A stretch of 64,000 bases of DNA from an uncultured Lachnospiraceae bacterium (GTDB lineage Bacteria > Bacillota > Clostridia > Lachnospirales > Lachnospiraceae): NCBI GenBank assembly GCA_946546945.1, contig CAMNOU010000012.1, positions 24,014 through 88,013 on the forward strand. Direction: 5' to 3'. The notes beneath the pieces were generated by a model. That model did no database searches. It had not been told where the DNA came from and saw nothing but the letters and a program-made list of their open reading frames with translations. This document shows positions 39,297-49,279 of this stretch, piece after piece (the first letter of the stretch is position 1; each line of letters opens with the position of its first letter). A program made the translations under genes and the position numbers.

Positions 39297-40136
39297 TTAC
39301 AGATTTTCAATTGCTTTGATGGCTTTATCCAGATAAATATTGTCTGCCTTATAGAACAGACCTTCATCTGCCAGCTCCGCGTACGCGGGATCCAGAGGCA
39401 TTTTCCCAAGTACCTCCACACCCATTTCAGCCGCGATTTCATCGATATGGCTTTCTCCGAAGATTTTGATCTCTTTTCCGCAGTCCGGACATTTCAGGAA
39501 GCTGTAGTTTTCCACAACACCAAGAACCGGTATATTCATCATCCCGGCCATGTTATAGGCTTTCTTTACAATCATCTGCACCAGTTCCTGCGGGGATGTT
39601 ACGATGACAATTCCATCGACCGGAATCGACTGGAAAACAGTCAGCGGCACATCACCGGTTCCGGGCGGCATGTCAACAAACAGATAATCCAGATCTCCCC
39701 AGACCACATCTGTCCAGAACTGTTTGACAACACCGGCAATCACCGGCCCCCTCCATATGACCGGGGCTTCCTCGTTATCCATCAGCAGGTTCGTAGACAT
39801 GACCCTGGTTCCATCCCCTGCTTCCGCCGGGAAAATACCCTGTTCAGATCCTGCAGCCGGTCCGTGAAGACCATACATTTTGGGAATCGACGGCCCTGTG
39901 ATATCGGCATCCATGATTCCTGTCTCATATCCTTTCTTGCGCATTGCCGACGCGAGAGACGCGGTAACAAAAGATTTTCCGACGCCGCCTTTTCCGCTGA
40001 CCACACCGATCACTTTTTTTACCGATGAATATTCATTCAGCTTCTCAAGCATGCTCTGCGGACCTGATGAACATCCTCCGTTTTCCTGAGATGCGCAGTT
40101 CCCGGCACTTGCGCATCCTTCACAACTATTTGCCAT
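39297..40136 (-). CDS. Mrp/NBP35 (ApbC) family iron-sulfur cluster carrier ATPase
   Basis: 279 aa. Cys-rich N-terminus, deviant Walker A SGKGGVGKS, and a C-terminal CPDCG motif. Confidence 0.9.
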   Translation of the reverse strand: MANSCEGCASAGNCASQENGGCSSGPQSMLEKLNEYSSVKKVIGVVSGKGGVGKSFVTASLASAMRKKGYETGIMDADITGPSIPKMYGLHGPAAGSEQGIFPAEAGDGTRVMSTNLLMDNEEAPVIWRGPVIAGVVKQFWTDVVWGDLDYLFVDMPPGTGDVPLTVFQSIPVDGIVIVTSPQELVQMIVKKAYNMAGMMNIPVLGVVENYSFLKCPDCGKEIKIFGESHIDEIAAEMGVEVLGKMPLDPAYAELADEGLFYKADNIYLDKAIKAIENL

Positions 40137-40178
40137 TCTTCCATTCCTCCTTGTCCGGGGACAGATTTCCTGTCCCGC

Positions 40179-41270
40179 TTACTTTTTTTCAGCTTCTGCC
40201 TTTCTGGCAAAGATTTCTTTAAATGATTCCGCATAGGGAGGTCTTGCGATTCCATACTCTGTCACGATACCCGCAATCAGCTCATGATCCGTAACATCGA
40301 AGGCAGGATTGAATACTTTTACACCTTCCGGAGCCATGCGTTCTTTGTACCACATCTCGGTCACTTCCTCCGGCTTGCGCTGTTCAATCCGGATATGATC
40401 TCCGTCAGGCGTATTCATATCAATCGTTGAAGTCGGAGCCGCAATATATACCGGAACATGATAAAGCTTTGCGACCGCCGCTACCACAGAAGTTCCGATT
40501 TTATTAGCGGTATCTCCGTTTGCCGCTACACGGTCACATCCCACGAAAACGGCATCGACCCATCCGTTCTTCATCACTGTCGCAGACATGTTGTCGCAGA
40601 TCAGAGTCACGTCCACGCCGGAGGACTGAAGCTCAAAGGCTGTCAGGCGGGCCCCCTGAAGCAGCGGACGGGTCTCATCCGCGAACACACGGAAATGGTA
40701 ACCGCGCTCCTGTCCCAGATAAATCGGGGCTGTCGCTGTTCCGTATTTGCTTGTTGCCAGCTTTCCTGCATTGCAGTGTGTCAGGATCCCGTCACCGGGT
40801 TTCACAAGCGATAAACCGTATTCACCGATCGCTTTGCAGACACGGATATCCTCTTCCTGAATCTCCACCGATTCCTCTTTCAAAAGCTGTTTGATCTGCG
40901 CGACCGTCTTCTCCCTGTTGTTCAGCACAACCTGCTCCATGCGGTTCAGGGCCCAGGAAAGGTTTACAGCCGTGGGACGTGAAGAATCCAGATACTCTTT
41001 CTGTTTCCTGAATTCCTCATAAAACTCGTCAAAATCGTCTGTATCAATCCCCTTTGCCAGCACATAGATCCCGTATGCCGCGGCAACACCGATCGCCGGA
41101 GCTCCGCGCACCTGCAAAAGATAGATCGCGTCCCAGATCTCCTGAGCTGTTTTGAGCGCGATCACTTCGGTCTTCCCCGGAAGTTTCGTCTGATCAATAA
41201 TCACAACCGCACTGTTCTCATCATCCAGAGACACGGTATCATAATCCATAATGTTCTTTTTCTGTTCCAT
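40179..41270 (-). CDS. mtnA: S-methyl-5-thioribose-1-phosphate isomerase
   Basis: eIF-2B alpha/beta/delta-like fold ([13 protein letters not shown]...[17 protein letters not shown]). The ATG at 41270 follows AGGAGG. Confidence 0.9.
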   Translation of the reverse strand: MEQKKNIMDYDTVSLDDENSAVVIIDQTKLPGKTEVIALKTAQEIWDAIYLLQVRGAPAIGVAAAYGIYVLAKGIDTDDFDEFYEEFRKQKEYLDSSRPTAVNLSWALNRMEQVVLNNREKTVAQIKQLLKEESVEIQEEDIRVCKAIGEYGLSLVKPGDGILTHCNAGKLATSKYGTATAPIYLGQERGYHFRVFADETRPLLQGARLTAFELQSSGVDVTLICDNMSATVMKNGWVDAVFVGCDRVAANGDTANKIGTSVVAAVAKLYHVPVYIAAPTSTIDMNTPDGDHIRIEQRKPEEVTEMWYKERMAPEGVKVFNPAFDVTDHELIAGIVTEYGIARPPYAESFKEIFARKAEAEKK

Positions 41271-41392
41271 GAATCCTCCTGTTTCTATCCGGCATGCTGT
41301 CATTTACCGCGGAGCACGTTTTCACATGCGCCCCTTTTTATTATTCCCGGAAATTGCTCATTTCACTAACTTATCACATATTGTGCAATTAA

Positions 41393-42181
41393 TCAACCTT
41401 GTATTCTTCCTGCGGCACAATCGTCAGCGATCAGCTTGCGGAGCGCTTCCACTGCAGTGGTGACTGCCCTTTCCGTATCATGAACAACCGGGTTTTCCAG
41501 TCCGAGCTTTTCTCTCTCCTGATTGGCTACGGTCAGGAATACAGATCCGCATCTGACCCGCAGATAACTGGAAACAACGAACAGCGCCGCTGACTCCATC
41601 TCCGAGGCCAGGCAGCCCAGGCGTTTCCATGCCTCCCATTTCTGTGTCAGTTCACAGCTTACCGGCATCAGTTCCGGTTCATGCTGGCCGTAGAAAGAAT
41701 CCTTGCACTGAACAATCCCTGTGTGCATAGGAAAGCCCAGTTCCTTCGCAGACCGTTCGAGAGCATGTACGATTCCGAAATCTGCCACCGCCGGGAATTC
41801 CGCCGGCGCATATTCTTTGCTCGTTCCTTCCATCCGGACAGCCCCTGTCGCTATGACCAGATCTCCGCTCTTCACATCCGGCTGTATCCCTCCGCAGGTT
41901 CCTACGCGGATAAAGGTATCCGCCCCGCAGCGCACCAGTTCCTGAAGAGCGATGGCTGCCGACGGGCCTCCGATTCCCGTAGAAGTCACGCTGACCTTCA
42001 CGCCATTCAGATATCCTGTATAAGTCATGAATTCCCTGTGATCCGCAATCTGCTCAGCATTTTCAAAATGCGCGGCGATCTGCCGGCAGCGCTTCGGATC
42101 TCCCGGAAGGATCACATATTTTCCGACATCTCCGTTTTTGATTCCCAGATGATACTGGATCCCGTTTTCTGAATATTTCAT
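41393..42181 (-). CDS. udp: uridine phosphorylase (PNP_UDP_1 family)
   Basis: Aligns along its full length with E. coli Udp from memory (ILPGDPKR...STGIGGPS...FPAVADF...EMESAALF). ATG at 42181. Confidence 0.85.
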   Translation of the reverse strand: MKYSENGIQYHLGIKNGDVGKYVILPGDPKRCRQIAAHFENAEQIADHREFMTYTGYLNGVKVSVTSTGIGGPSAAIALQELVRCGADTFIRVGTCGGIQPDVKSGDLVIATGAVRMEGTSKEYAPAEFPAVADFGIVHALERSAKELGFPMHTGIVQCKDSFYGQHEPELMPVSCELTQKWEAWKRLGCLASEMESAALFVVSSYLRVRCGSVFLTVANQEREKLGLENPVVHDTERAVTTAVEALRKLIADDCAAGRIQG

Positions 42182-42240
42182 TCTTCCCTCCCGTCTGTTT
42201 AAAAAGGGCAGTATCTTATTCGATACTGCCCTCCGGCCTG

Positions 42241-44427
42241 TCACGCAATCACTCCTCCTGCCGCGAGAATGGTTTCTTCCATCAGAGAAGAAATCTGCTC
42301 ATCATAGATTGCAGTCATCTGTTCTTCCCCGTTCTCTTTCGCAGCATTCTTCTCCTTCAGAAGATTCTGCATGCTCCGCAATCCGATATAGATCGTAGAT
42401 GTATTATGCAGCATGGAAGATGTCGTTGGCTGTATGACTCCCAATACGCCCAGAACAATCAATGACGCATTGAAGCCGACGATAAAACGATAATTTCTCC
42501 GGATCCGCTTCATCAGGGCGTCACTGATCTGCCGCAATGTAACGATCTGGTTCAGATCATCTGCCGCAATGGTGATATCGGCAATTTCGCGGGCAATGGC
42601 AGCGCCGTCACTGATTGCGATCCCGACATCAGCCGCGGACAGAGCCGGCGAATCATTGATTCCGTCTCCAATCATGATGACCTTGTGGCCCTCTGCTTTC
42701 ACCTGCTCCACATATCTTGCCTTATCCTCCGGAAGCACTTCCGAATAATATTCATCTACGCCGACCTTTCTTGCGATCGCAGCTGCTGTACGCTCGCTGT
42801 CGCCGGTCATCATCACTACTTTCCGGATGCCTGCCTGATGCAGTTTGTCTATAACCTCCGCCGCTTCGAGACGCACCGGATCTTCGATACAGATCACTGC
42901 CGCAAGCTCATTTTCCATAGCCAGATACAGATGTGAATACTCTGCCGCAAGATTGGAATACAGATCCATCTTTCCTTCCGGTATTGTACAGGATTCATCC
43001 TCAAAGACAAAGTGTGAACTTCCGATCACCACTCTTTTCCCTTCCACATAGGAGGAAATACCATGTGCGACAACATATTCCACCTTGGTGTGCATCTCAC
43101 GGTGCTCCAGCCCTTTTGCTTTCGCGGCATCCACGACTGCTTTCGCCATGGAGTGCGGGAAATGCTCTTCCAGGCATGCCGCGATACGCAGCAGTTCATC
43201 CGGTTCGCGGTCCGCAAACGGAATTACTTCCACTACGGTCGGTTTTGCCTTCGTCAGGGTTCCCGTTTTATCAAAGACGATCGTATCTGCCTCGGAGACA
43301 GATTCCAGGAACTTCCCGCCCTTTACCGTGATATGATTCTCAGATGCCTCACGAATCGCGGACAATACGGAAAGAGGCATTGCCAGCTTCAGAGCACAGG
43401 AGAAATCAACCATAAGGATTGAAAGAGCCTTTGCGGCATTTCTGGTAAGCAGCCATGTCAGAACCGTACCTCCCAGTGTATAGGGAACCAGACGGTCGGC
43501 CAGATGCTCTGCCTTGCTTTCCAGATTGGATTTCAGTTTCTCTGAATCCTCGATCATTTTCACAATCTTCTCAAATCTTGTGCTGCCGCCGACAGCTTCT
43601 ACACGGATGACCAGTTCTCCCTCTTCCATAACCGTTCCGGCATAGACAGAATCCTCTGCCCGTTTTTCAACCGGTACCGATTCACCGGTCAGGGATGCCT
43701 GGTTGACCATCGCCTCGCCATCTGTCACCACGCCATCGAACGGGATCATACCGCCTGCGCGAATGACGATCAGATCTTTCTGTCTGATCTGCGAAGCCGG
43801 AACCAGGACTTCTGTGCCGTCTGTCTTCTGCCATACCTTCCCGACATCCAGCGACATGCTGCGCGCCAGGTCATCGACGGACTTTTTATGCGTCCATTCC
43901 TCCAGCAGATCTCCGATTCCAAGCAGGAACATCACAGAGCTGGCCGTCGCGTAATCTCCTCTGAGAACGGATACTCCGATGGCTACTGCATCAAGAACGG
44001 ATACGTCCAGTCTCCTGCTGATCAGACTGCGGATTCCCTTCCAGATAAACCGGACGCTTTTTACAACCGTTATGAGGTTGCGGACCGGCGCCGGGACAAT
44101 CACTCTTTTCAAAATGCGCCAGGCAATCCTGGCAATCAGTTTTTCTTTATAATACGCATTTAATTCCCTTCCGGAATTTTCAATCACTTCATCGGGAACA
44201 ATAACGTTTTCATATTGGAATACCTGCAAAAGATGAATCATCTCATCACGGCTGCCGTGATAACAGATCACAGCATCCGCAGTTCTCTCATATACTTTCG
44301 CCGATGAGACACATTCAAGCTGCTGCAGATACCAGGCGAGAATATCCGCCTCGGCAAACGTCATGCGGTTCTGCACCACATGGATACGCAGCCGTCCCTT
44401 TAACTCGTGCCTGATAATAAACTTCAT
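42241..44427 (-). CDS. P1B-type (heavy-metal family) P-type ATPase with atypical TM motif
   Basis: 728 aa. TGES, DKTGTLT and [10 protein letters not shown] are present. The CPC position reads [10 protein letters not shown]. The N-terminal HMA-like domain lacks CxxC. Confidence 0.88.
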   Translation of the reverse strand: MKFIIRHELKGRLRIHVVQNRMTFAEADILAWYLQQLECVSSAKVYERTADAVICYHGSRDEMIHLLQVFQYENVIVPDEVIENSGRELNAYYKEKLIARIAWRILKRVIVPAPVRNLITVVKSVRFIWKGIRSLISRRLDVSVLDAVAIGVSVLRGDYATASSVMFLLGIGDLLEEWTHKKSVDDLARSMSLDVGKVWQKTDGTEVLVPASQIRQKDLIVIRAGGMIPFDGVVTDGEAMVNQASLTGESVPVEKRAEDSVYAGTVMEEGELVIRVEAVGGSTRFEKIVKMIEDSEKLKSNLESKAEHLADRLVPYTLGGTVLTWLLTRNAAKALSILMVDFSCALKLAMPLSVLSAIREASENHITVKGGKFLESVSEADTIVFDKTGTLTKAKPTVVEVIPFADREPDELLRIAACLEEHFPHSMAKAVVDAAKAKGLEHREMHTKVEYVVAHGISSYVEGKRVVIGSSHFVFEDESCTIPEGKMDLYSNLAAEYSHLYLAMENELAAVICIEDPVRLEAAEVIDKLHQAGIRKVVMMTGDSERTAAAIARKVGVDEYYSEVLPEDKARYVEQVKAEGHKVIMIGDGINDSPALSAADVGIAISDGAAIAREIADITIAADDLNQIVTLRQISDALMKRIRRNYRFIVGFNASLIVLGVLGVIQPTTSSMLHNTSTIYIGLRSMQNLLKEKNAAKENGEEQMTAIYDEQISSLMEETILAAGGVIA

Positions 44428-44431
44428 AATC

Positions 44432-44746
44432 TTACTGCTTTTCTGTCTCTTTCACTGCATCATTCAGCTCATCTGCTGCTGCTTTGAGCTCATCATCGAT
44501 GATTTCCTCTTTTGCGATCCGATCCTCATTGATCTGCTTTGCTTCCGCGAGAATATCCCCGCAGTTCTCCTGTAAAGTCGTCGTATGCTTCACAACCTCA
44601 TCCTTCGCGCGAAGCACAGCTGCAGTCGCATGGGTATAGGCCTTCTTTGCGTCCTTGCTCGTCAGCAGCCGGATCCCTGCTGTACCAAATGCAACGCCTG
44701 CCGCGAAAATACCTACTTTAACCGGGTTAAACTTAAATCCAAACAT
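44432..44746 (-). CDS. hypothetical membrane-anchored coiled-coil protein, co-transcribed with the ATPase
   Basis: 104 aa. N-terminal hydrophobic helix VGIFAAGVAFGTAGI, then a charged helical tail. Its stop is 4 nt before the ATPase ATG. Confidence 0.55.
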   Translation of the reverse strand: MFGFKFNPVKVGIFAAGVAFGTAGIRLLTSKDAKKAYTHATAAVLRAKDEVVKHTTTLQENCGDILAEAKQINEDRIAKEEIIDDELKAAADELNDAVKETEKQ

Positions 44747-44959
44747 CTTAAAAAAACCTCCTGAATTAGAATTATCTTAAATGATGTACCTATTGTAGCA
44801 CTCAATCTCGAGCTTTGCCAAGCATAATATTCGATAGCAAATTACAATCTTTTATAGCTCTTCTTAATACCTGATAGACAGATGCAATTTGCCTTTGCTT
44901 CTTCAACCGGAAGTTGTATTCGACAAATATCTGTCAGCATTTTCTAAAGAGTCCTGCCC

Positions 44960-46426
44960 CTATCGCGCAGACCGTTTCGTTTTCTTGAAAAAGCCTTTCC
45001 ATGCAGCCGGATAGAACAGGATCAGCACCGGGAACAATTCCAGTCTTCCTGCAATCATATCAATCATCAGCACATATTTACTGAAATGCGAGAAGAAGGC
45101 AAAGTTCTGTGTCGGTCCTACCATATTCAGGCCGGGGCCGATATTGTTGATGGTCGCCGCGACTGCCGTGAAATTCGTCACCAGATCATGGTCTTCAAAG
45201 GTCAGGCAGAAAACGGAGAGCACAAACAGAACAAAATATGTGATCAGATATACATTGACGCCGCGGATTACTTCATCCTCCACAGGTTTTCCGTCCATAT
45301 GGATCTTCTTAACACTTTTGGGGAACAGATAGGACCTCAGTTCCCTCGATACCGTTTTGAACAGGAGAATGAAACGGGACACCTTCATGCCTCCTCCGGT
45401 GCTCCCCGCGCAGGCGCCGCAGAACATCAGCAGAACCAGAACCATTCTCGAAGTCTGATGCCACTGGTCAAAATCAGCTGTGGCAAACCCGGTAGTCGTT
45501 ATGATCGAGGCAACCTGAAAAGAAACGACTCTCAGATTGTCAAAGAAAGACAGCGCCATATCATAAATATTGATCATTATGATTGTGATTGCCGTACCGA
45601 TCACAATCAGATAACATCTGACTTCCTCTATTCTCAGCGCCTGTTTCCATTTTTTAAAAAGAATCAGGTAGTATGCATTGAAATTCACTCCGAAAAGGAT
45701 CATAAAGACAGTGACCACCCACTGTATATAGGGTGAATATCCCGCCATACTGTCTGCCCGGATTCCGAAACCGCCCGTTCCCGCAGTTCCGAGCGCTGTC
45801 GTCACGGCATCAAACAGCGGCATTCTGCCGGCAGCCAGAAACAGGATCATGAGCATTGTCATGCCAAAGTAGATCATATACAAAATCCGCGCGGAATGCA
45901 TCAGCTTCGGAGCCAGTTTCCCTACGGACGGTCCCGGACTTTCCGCACGCATCAGATTCATATTGGATCCGCCTGTCATCCGGATCACGGCTAACAAAAA
46001 CACCAGAACGCCCATGCCTCCGACCCAGTGGGTAAAGCTTCTCCAGAACAGCATGCAATAGGAAAGAGCCTCTACATCCGGCAGAATACTTGCTCCTGTT
46101 GTCGTAAATCCTGAAATCGTTTCAAACAGGGCATCCGTAAAGGATGGAATCTCTCCGCTGATTACAAAAGGAATGCACCCGATCACACTGATCAGGATCC
46201 AGCTTAAGGCTGTCATAATACAGCCTTCCCTCATGTAAAAAACAGTGTTCGCCGGTTTTTTCCATTTTAACAATAACCCGCCAATGATTGCGAACGCTGC
46301 GACAGGAAGAAAATACAGTCCGCTTTCCTCCCTGTAAATCAGCGCCACCAGACACGGCAGTCCCATTAATACCCCTTCTAAGAGCATCACCCATCCCAGG
46401 ATATATCTTATAATTGATTTGTTCAT
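44960..46426 (-). CDS. trkH: TrkH-family potassium uptake protein
   Basis: 488 aa polytopic protein with repeated M1-P-M2 units carrying TGG/TTG pore glycines. Confidence 0.9.
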   Translation of the reverse strand: MNKSIIRYILGWVMLLEGVLMGLPCLVALIYREESGLYFLPVAAFAIIGGLLLKWKKPANTVFYMREGCIMTALSWILISVIGCIPFVISGEIPSFTDALFETISGFTTTGASILPDVEALSYCMLFWRSFTHWVGGMGVLVFLLAVIRMTGGSNMNLMRAESPGPSVGKLAPKLMHSARILYMIYFGMTMLMILFLAAGRMPLFDAVTTALGTAGTGGFGIRADSMAGYSPYIQWVVTVFMILFGVNFNAYYLILFKKWKQALRIEEVRCYLIVIGTAITIIMINIYDMALSFFDNLRVVSFQVASIITTTGFATADFDQWHQTSRMVLVLLMFCGACAGSTGGGMKVSRFILLFKTVSRELRSYLFPKSVKKIHMDGKPVEDEVIRGVNVYLITYFVLFVLSVFCLTFEDHDLVTNFTAVAATINNIGPGLNMVGPTQNFAFFSHFSKYVLMIDMIAGRLELFPVLILFYPAAWKGFFKKTKRSAR

Positions 46427-46477
46427 ACGATCTCCATATCAAATAATCCGCAGGCAGCTGCTGTCCGGGATAAAAAG

Positions 46478-47863
46478 TCACAGGATATCATCTATATCCG
46501 TAATACCGGTGTGTGTCGTTACGATAATGACCGTATCCTTCGGCCTGATGACATCATTTCCTCTCGGTATAATAATCTTTCCCCCGCGATTGATGCAGGT
46601 AACGAGGATATTGTCCCTGATCGGAAGCTGGTAAAGCGGTACGCCGCAAACCTTTGCGTCTTCCCCGACCAGAAATTCGATTGCCTCCACCCGGTCCTGG
46701 AAAAGCTGGACCAGAGTTTCAATATCGCTGTTCATGGATGCTGATTTTGCGCGGACATAGGCAATGATTGCTTCTGATGTTATGTACTTCGGATAAATCA
46801 TACTTCCCAGATCGAGCTTGTCTATGACACCGCGGAAATTGATCCTGTTGATTTTTGTGATCAGCTTTGCATTGGATACCTCTCTGCTGTGGAGCGTAAG
46901 CAGAATATTCTCTTCATCCACTCCGGTCAGAGCCACGACCGCTTCTGTCGTCTCGATCCCCACTTCCTGCAGAAGATCCTCATTCGTTCCGTCTCCGTTG
47001 ATCACAATGGCTTCCGGCAAAAGCACGGAAAGCGTATCGCAGCGTTCCGGATCCTGTTCTATAATTTTTACAGATACGCCCATATGCAGCAGGTGTTTCG
47101 ACAGATAGTAGGCGGTACGTCCGCCCCCGATCAGAATAGCCTCCCGCACCGGATGCGTCGGCAGCCCGATCTTGTTCAGGAATTTTCTTCCGCTCCGGGC
47201 CGGAGAAATAAAAGTAATGACATCCTGTTCTCTGAGAACAAAGGATCCGGAAGGAATCAGCACATCCTTTCCCCGCTCCACTGCGCAGATCAGTGCATTG
47301 CTCAGATGCTCCTCCCCGATCTCGCGAATCTCTTTTCCGGTCAGAATATTCCCTTTCGGAAGCTTAATCCGGAACATATCCGCATGCCCTCCGGCGAAAG
47401 TATTCACGGAGAGCGCCGTCGGGATCGACAGAATCTGCCTGATCGCTGCCGCCGCTTCCTGATCCGGATTGATAATCATAGCCAGGCCCAGCTGTTCCTT
47501 CAGATATTCTGCTTCCTCACTGTAGACCGGCGTGCGCACACGCGCAATGACCTCACAATGCCCGCCTCTTTTCGCCACGACACAGCAGAGCATATTCAGC
47601 TCATCTGAATCAGTCACAGCGATGAACACATCGGCCGTCTCAATACCGGCCTCTATCTGAATTCCAAAACTGGCCGCATTCCCAACCACTCCATATACAT
47701 CATACATATCTGTAATGCGCCGGATCCGGTCCGGGTCCATATCAATCACCGAAATATCATGATTTTCAAGGATCAGGCGCTCGGCAATCGTCGTTCCGAC
47801 CTTGCCGCAGCCAGCAATAATGATCCGCAGTCCTTTTTTTCTGTTCATCTTTTTTGATTTCAT
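46478..47863 (-). CDS. trkA: Trk system potassium uptake protein TrkA (two RCK_N/RCK_C pairs)
   Basis: Rossmann motif IIIAGCGKVG, repeated in the second half (ILIGGGRTA). The ATG at 47863 (MKSKKMNRKK) follows GGAGAAG. Confidence 0.9.
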   Translation of the reverse strand: MKSKKMNRKKGLRIIIAGCGKVGTTIAERLILENHDISVIDMDPDRIRRITDMYDVYGVVGNAASFGIQIEAGIETADVFIAVTDSDELNMLCCVVAKRGGHCEVIARVRTPVYSEEAEYLKEQLGLAMIINPDQEAAAAIRQILSIPTALSVNTFAGGHADMFRIKLPKGNILTGKEIREIGEEHLSNALICAVERGKDVLIPSGSFVLREQDVITFISPARSGRKFLNKIGLPTHPVREAILIGGGRTAYYLSKHLLHMGVSVKIIEQDPERCDTLSVLLPEAIVINGDGTNEDLLQEVGIETTEAVVALTGVDEENILLTLHSREVSNAKLITKINRINFRGVIDKLDLGSMIYPKYITSEAIIAYVRAKSASMNSDIETLVQLFQDRVEAIEFLVGEDAKVCGVPLYQLPIRDNILVTCINRGGKIIIPRGNDVIRPKDTVIIVTTHTGITDIDDIL

Positions 47864-47886
47864 TATTCTTCTCCAAACATAATTCA

Positions 47887-48054
47887 AAACTTCGTCGCGC
47901 GGATTCCCGTGACTTCAATCGTGGGAGGAAGCGCTTATCAACAATCCTTCTTCGTCATGAGTCCAAACTCGCGACGAAGTTTGAAGCCTCCGGCGGATCG
48001 CAGGCGCGCAATAGGAAAGCGCGCCGCGGCAAGTACGCCCGAGGCATACTTGAT
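47887..48054 (+). repeat. copy A of a GC-rich structured repeat (candidate ncRNA)
   Basis: The 72-nt core 47983-48054 is ~93% identical to the reverse complement of 61518-61588. Flank helices 47887-47899/47970-47982 and 47950-47956/47973-47979 are conserved only as structure. A TTGATT-18-CATAAT promoter-like site lies at 47854-47883. Confidence 0.8.
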
Positions 48055-48107
48055 GTCAGGGGGATAAAACTCCCAACTGCTAGACGATGGTTTGTCAGAC
48101 AGCATTA

Positions 48108-48136
48108 ACTATAGAAGAAAACAGAGAAAAAAGCAA
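48108..48136 (-). promoter_or_regulatory. candidate sigma-A promoter for trkA-trkH
   Basis: Minus strand TTGCTT, 17-nt spacer, TATAGT. It would give a ~240-nt leader complementary to repeat copy A. Confidence 0.45.
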
Positions 48137-48210
48137 GGAAGATTTTCTTAACTCACGTCTCTTGAGCGGAGCGCTTTTCACCTCATAGAGAATCACAATT
48201 TCCAATAACA

Positions 48211-48235
48211 TGAAAAAAACAGCCTTTCGGCTGTT
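48211..48235 (-). terminator. rho-independent terminator in orphan intergenic region
   Basis: Minus strand AACAGCC-GAAA-GGCUGUU followed by UUUUUUU. Confidence 0.65.
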
Positions 48236-48606
48236 CTTTCCTAAAGAGAAGGTATTTTTTACTATGGGGGTAGCAAAAAACTATATAATGTATTGGGGGT
48301 TTTACAGGTATTATAATACCAGATGATTCCCTATAAGTGTGCACAAACTTATGAATAATTTTGGGTTTTTTTCGTAAATAATGAACATGCATATCCCTGC
48401 GGCCTGCCAAAAGTTCTATTCAAATTTCCCAAAAAGCCGTCTGTTTATACATTTTTTATAAATAAGTATTTTATTTTTAGAATTAATTATCTCCGGTTTT
48501 AGACTTTTGACACATTTTGCTCACATTTCTTTTATAAGATATCTACTGTAAAGAAAGCAACTACTCTTTTAGATAAACATTTTCATAACTCAATCTCCCT
48601 ATGTGA

Positions 48607-48632
48607 AACCGGCAGCCAGATGGCTGCCGGTT
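48607..48632. terminator. GC-rich hairpin after the Nudix gene
   Basis: AACCGGCAGCCA-GA-UGGCUGCCGGUU, a 12-bp perfect stem 6 nt past the stop. The U-tract is weak on both strands. Confidence 0.5.
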
Positions 48633-48637
48633 CTTTG

Positions 48638-49267
48638 TTACTCTGCTTCAAGTCTGCTGTTTTCTGTCCAGATCTGCGCAAAGGAATGCATAATCTTCGC
48701 TGTCAGTCCCCAGATCGTATGATCCCGGTACTGATAAAACAGGATTTCTTCCTTCCTGTCTCTCCATGCATAGTTTCTTCCGCCGTAAATGCGCTCGTAC
48801 GGAAAGTCCTCCGGCGGGATCACCTTCAGCCTGGAGACATAGATCTCCGGCTCGTTTTGAAGGAAGAAGTCGAGCGGCACACGCAGCACTTCCTCCACCT
48901 CATCTGTACTGAAGGTATTCCTGTATTGTTTTAATTCAACTGCATAAGGATAAATATAGATGGAGTTCCCGCTGAGAATATCCATCAGCCCGATCATATC
49001 AATCTGAGAAGCACTGACATTCAGCTCCTCCATCAGTTCACGGACGGCCGCTTCCTGCGTTGTTTCTCCGGGTTCCACCATTCCTCCCGGAAAACAGATA
49101 TCGCCGGGCTGACTTTCGATATTCAGCGAGCGCTTTTCAAACAGGACCTCAAATCCGCTGTTTGTCGAAATCAGCGGGATGCAGACCGACGATTTCACGC
49201 TTTGACGGATTCCGATCATGGTGGATTTGTGGTTTTTTAAATAACTGATTTGTTTATTCGCATTCAT
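48638..49267 (-). CDS. Nudix hydrolase, CoA pyrophosphatase-like
   Basis: 209 aa. Nudix box GGMVEPGETTQEAAVRELMEELNV. Confidence 0.85.
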   Translation of the reverse strand: MNANKQISYLKNHKSTMIGIRQSVKSSVCIPLISTNSGFEVLFEKRSLNIESQPGDICFPGGMVEPGETTQEAAVRELMEELNVSASQIDMIGLMDILSGNSIYIYPYAVELKQYRNTFSTDEVEEVLRVPLDFFLQNEPEIYVSRLKVIPPEDFPYERIYGGRNYAWRDRKEEILFYQYRDHTIWGLTAKIMHSFAQIWTENSRLEAE

Positions 49268-49279
49268 ATTCTTGTTTCC

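Noticed and set aside
47864-48100. c-di-AMP (ydaO/kimA) riboswitch upstream of trkA
   Set aside because: Only a loose resemblance to one half-site is present (CGGAUUCC..hairpin..GGGAGGAAGCGC), and it is on the strand pointing away from trkA. The second pseudo-symmetric half (GGGGU.AAUC ... CCCG.A.CCG) is absent. A covariance-model scan is needed for a final verdict.
47854-48108. 84-aa ORF (and 61478..61666, 62 aa) sharing the peptide EASGG(S/P)QAR(N/K)RKARRGKYA
   Set aside because: The similarity is confined to the 72-nt repeat core, and the two copies differ by a 1-nt indel that breaks the frame. The flanks are unrelated at the protein level but conserved as RNA-type helices, and there is no RBS. 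I treat this as non-coding repeat.
48183-48410. 75-aa minus-strand ORF in the orphan AT-rich region
   Set aside because: It reads through a strong terminator hairpin, has no RBS, and has an implausible composition.
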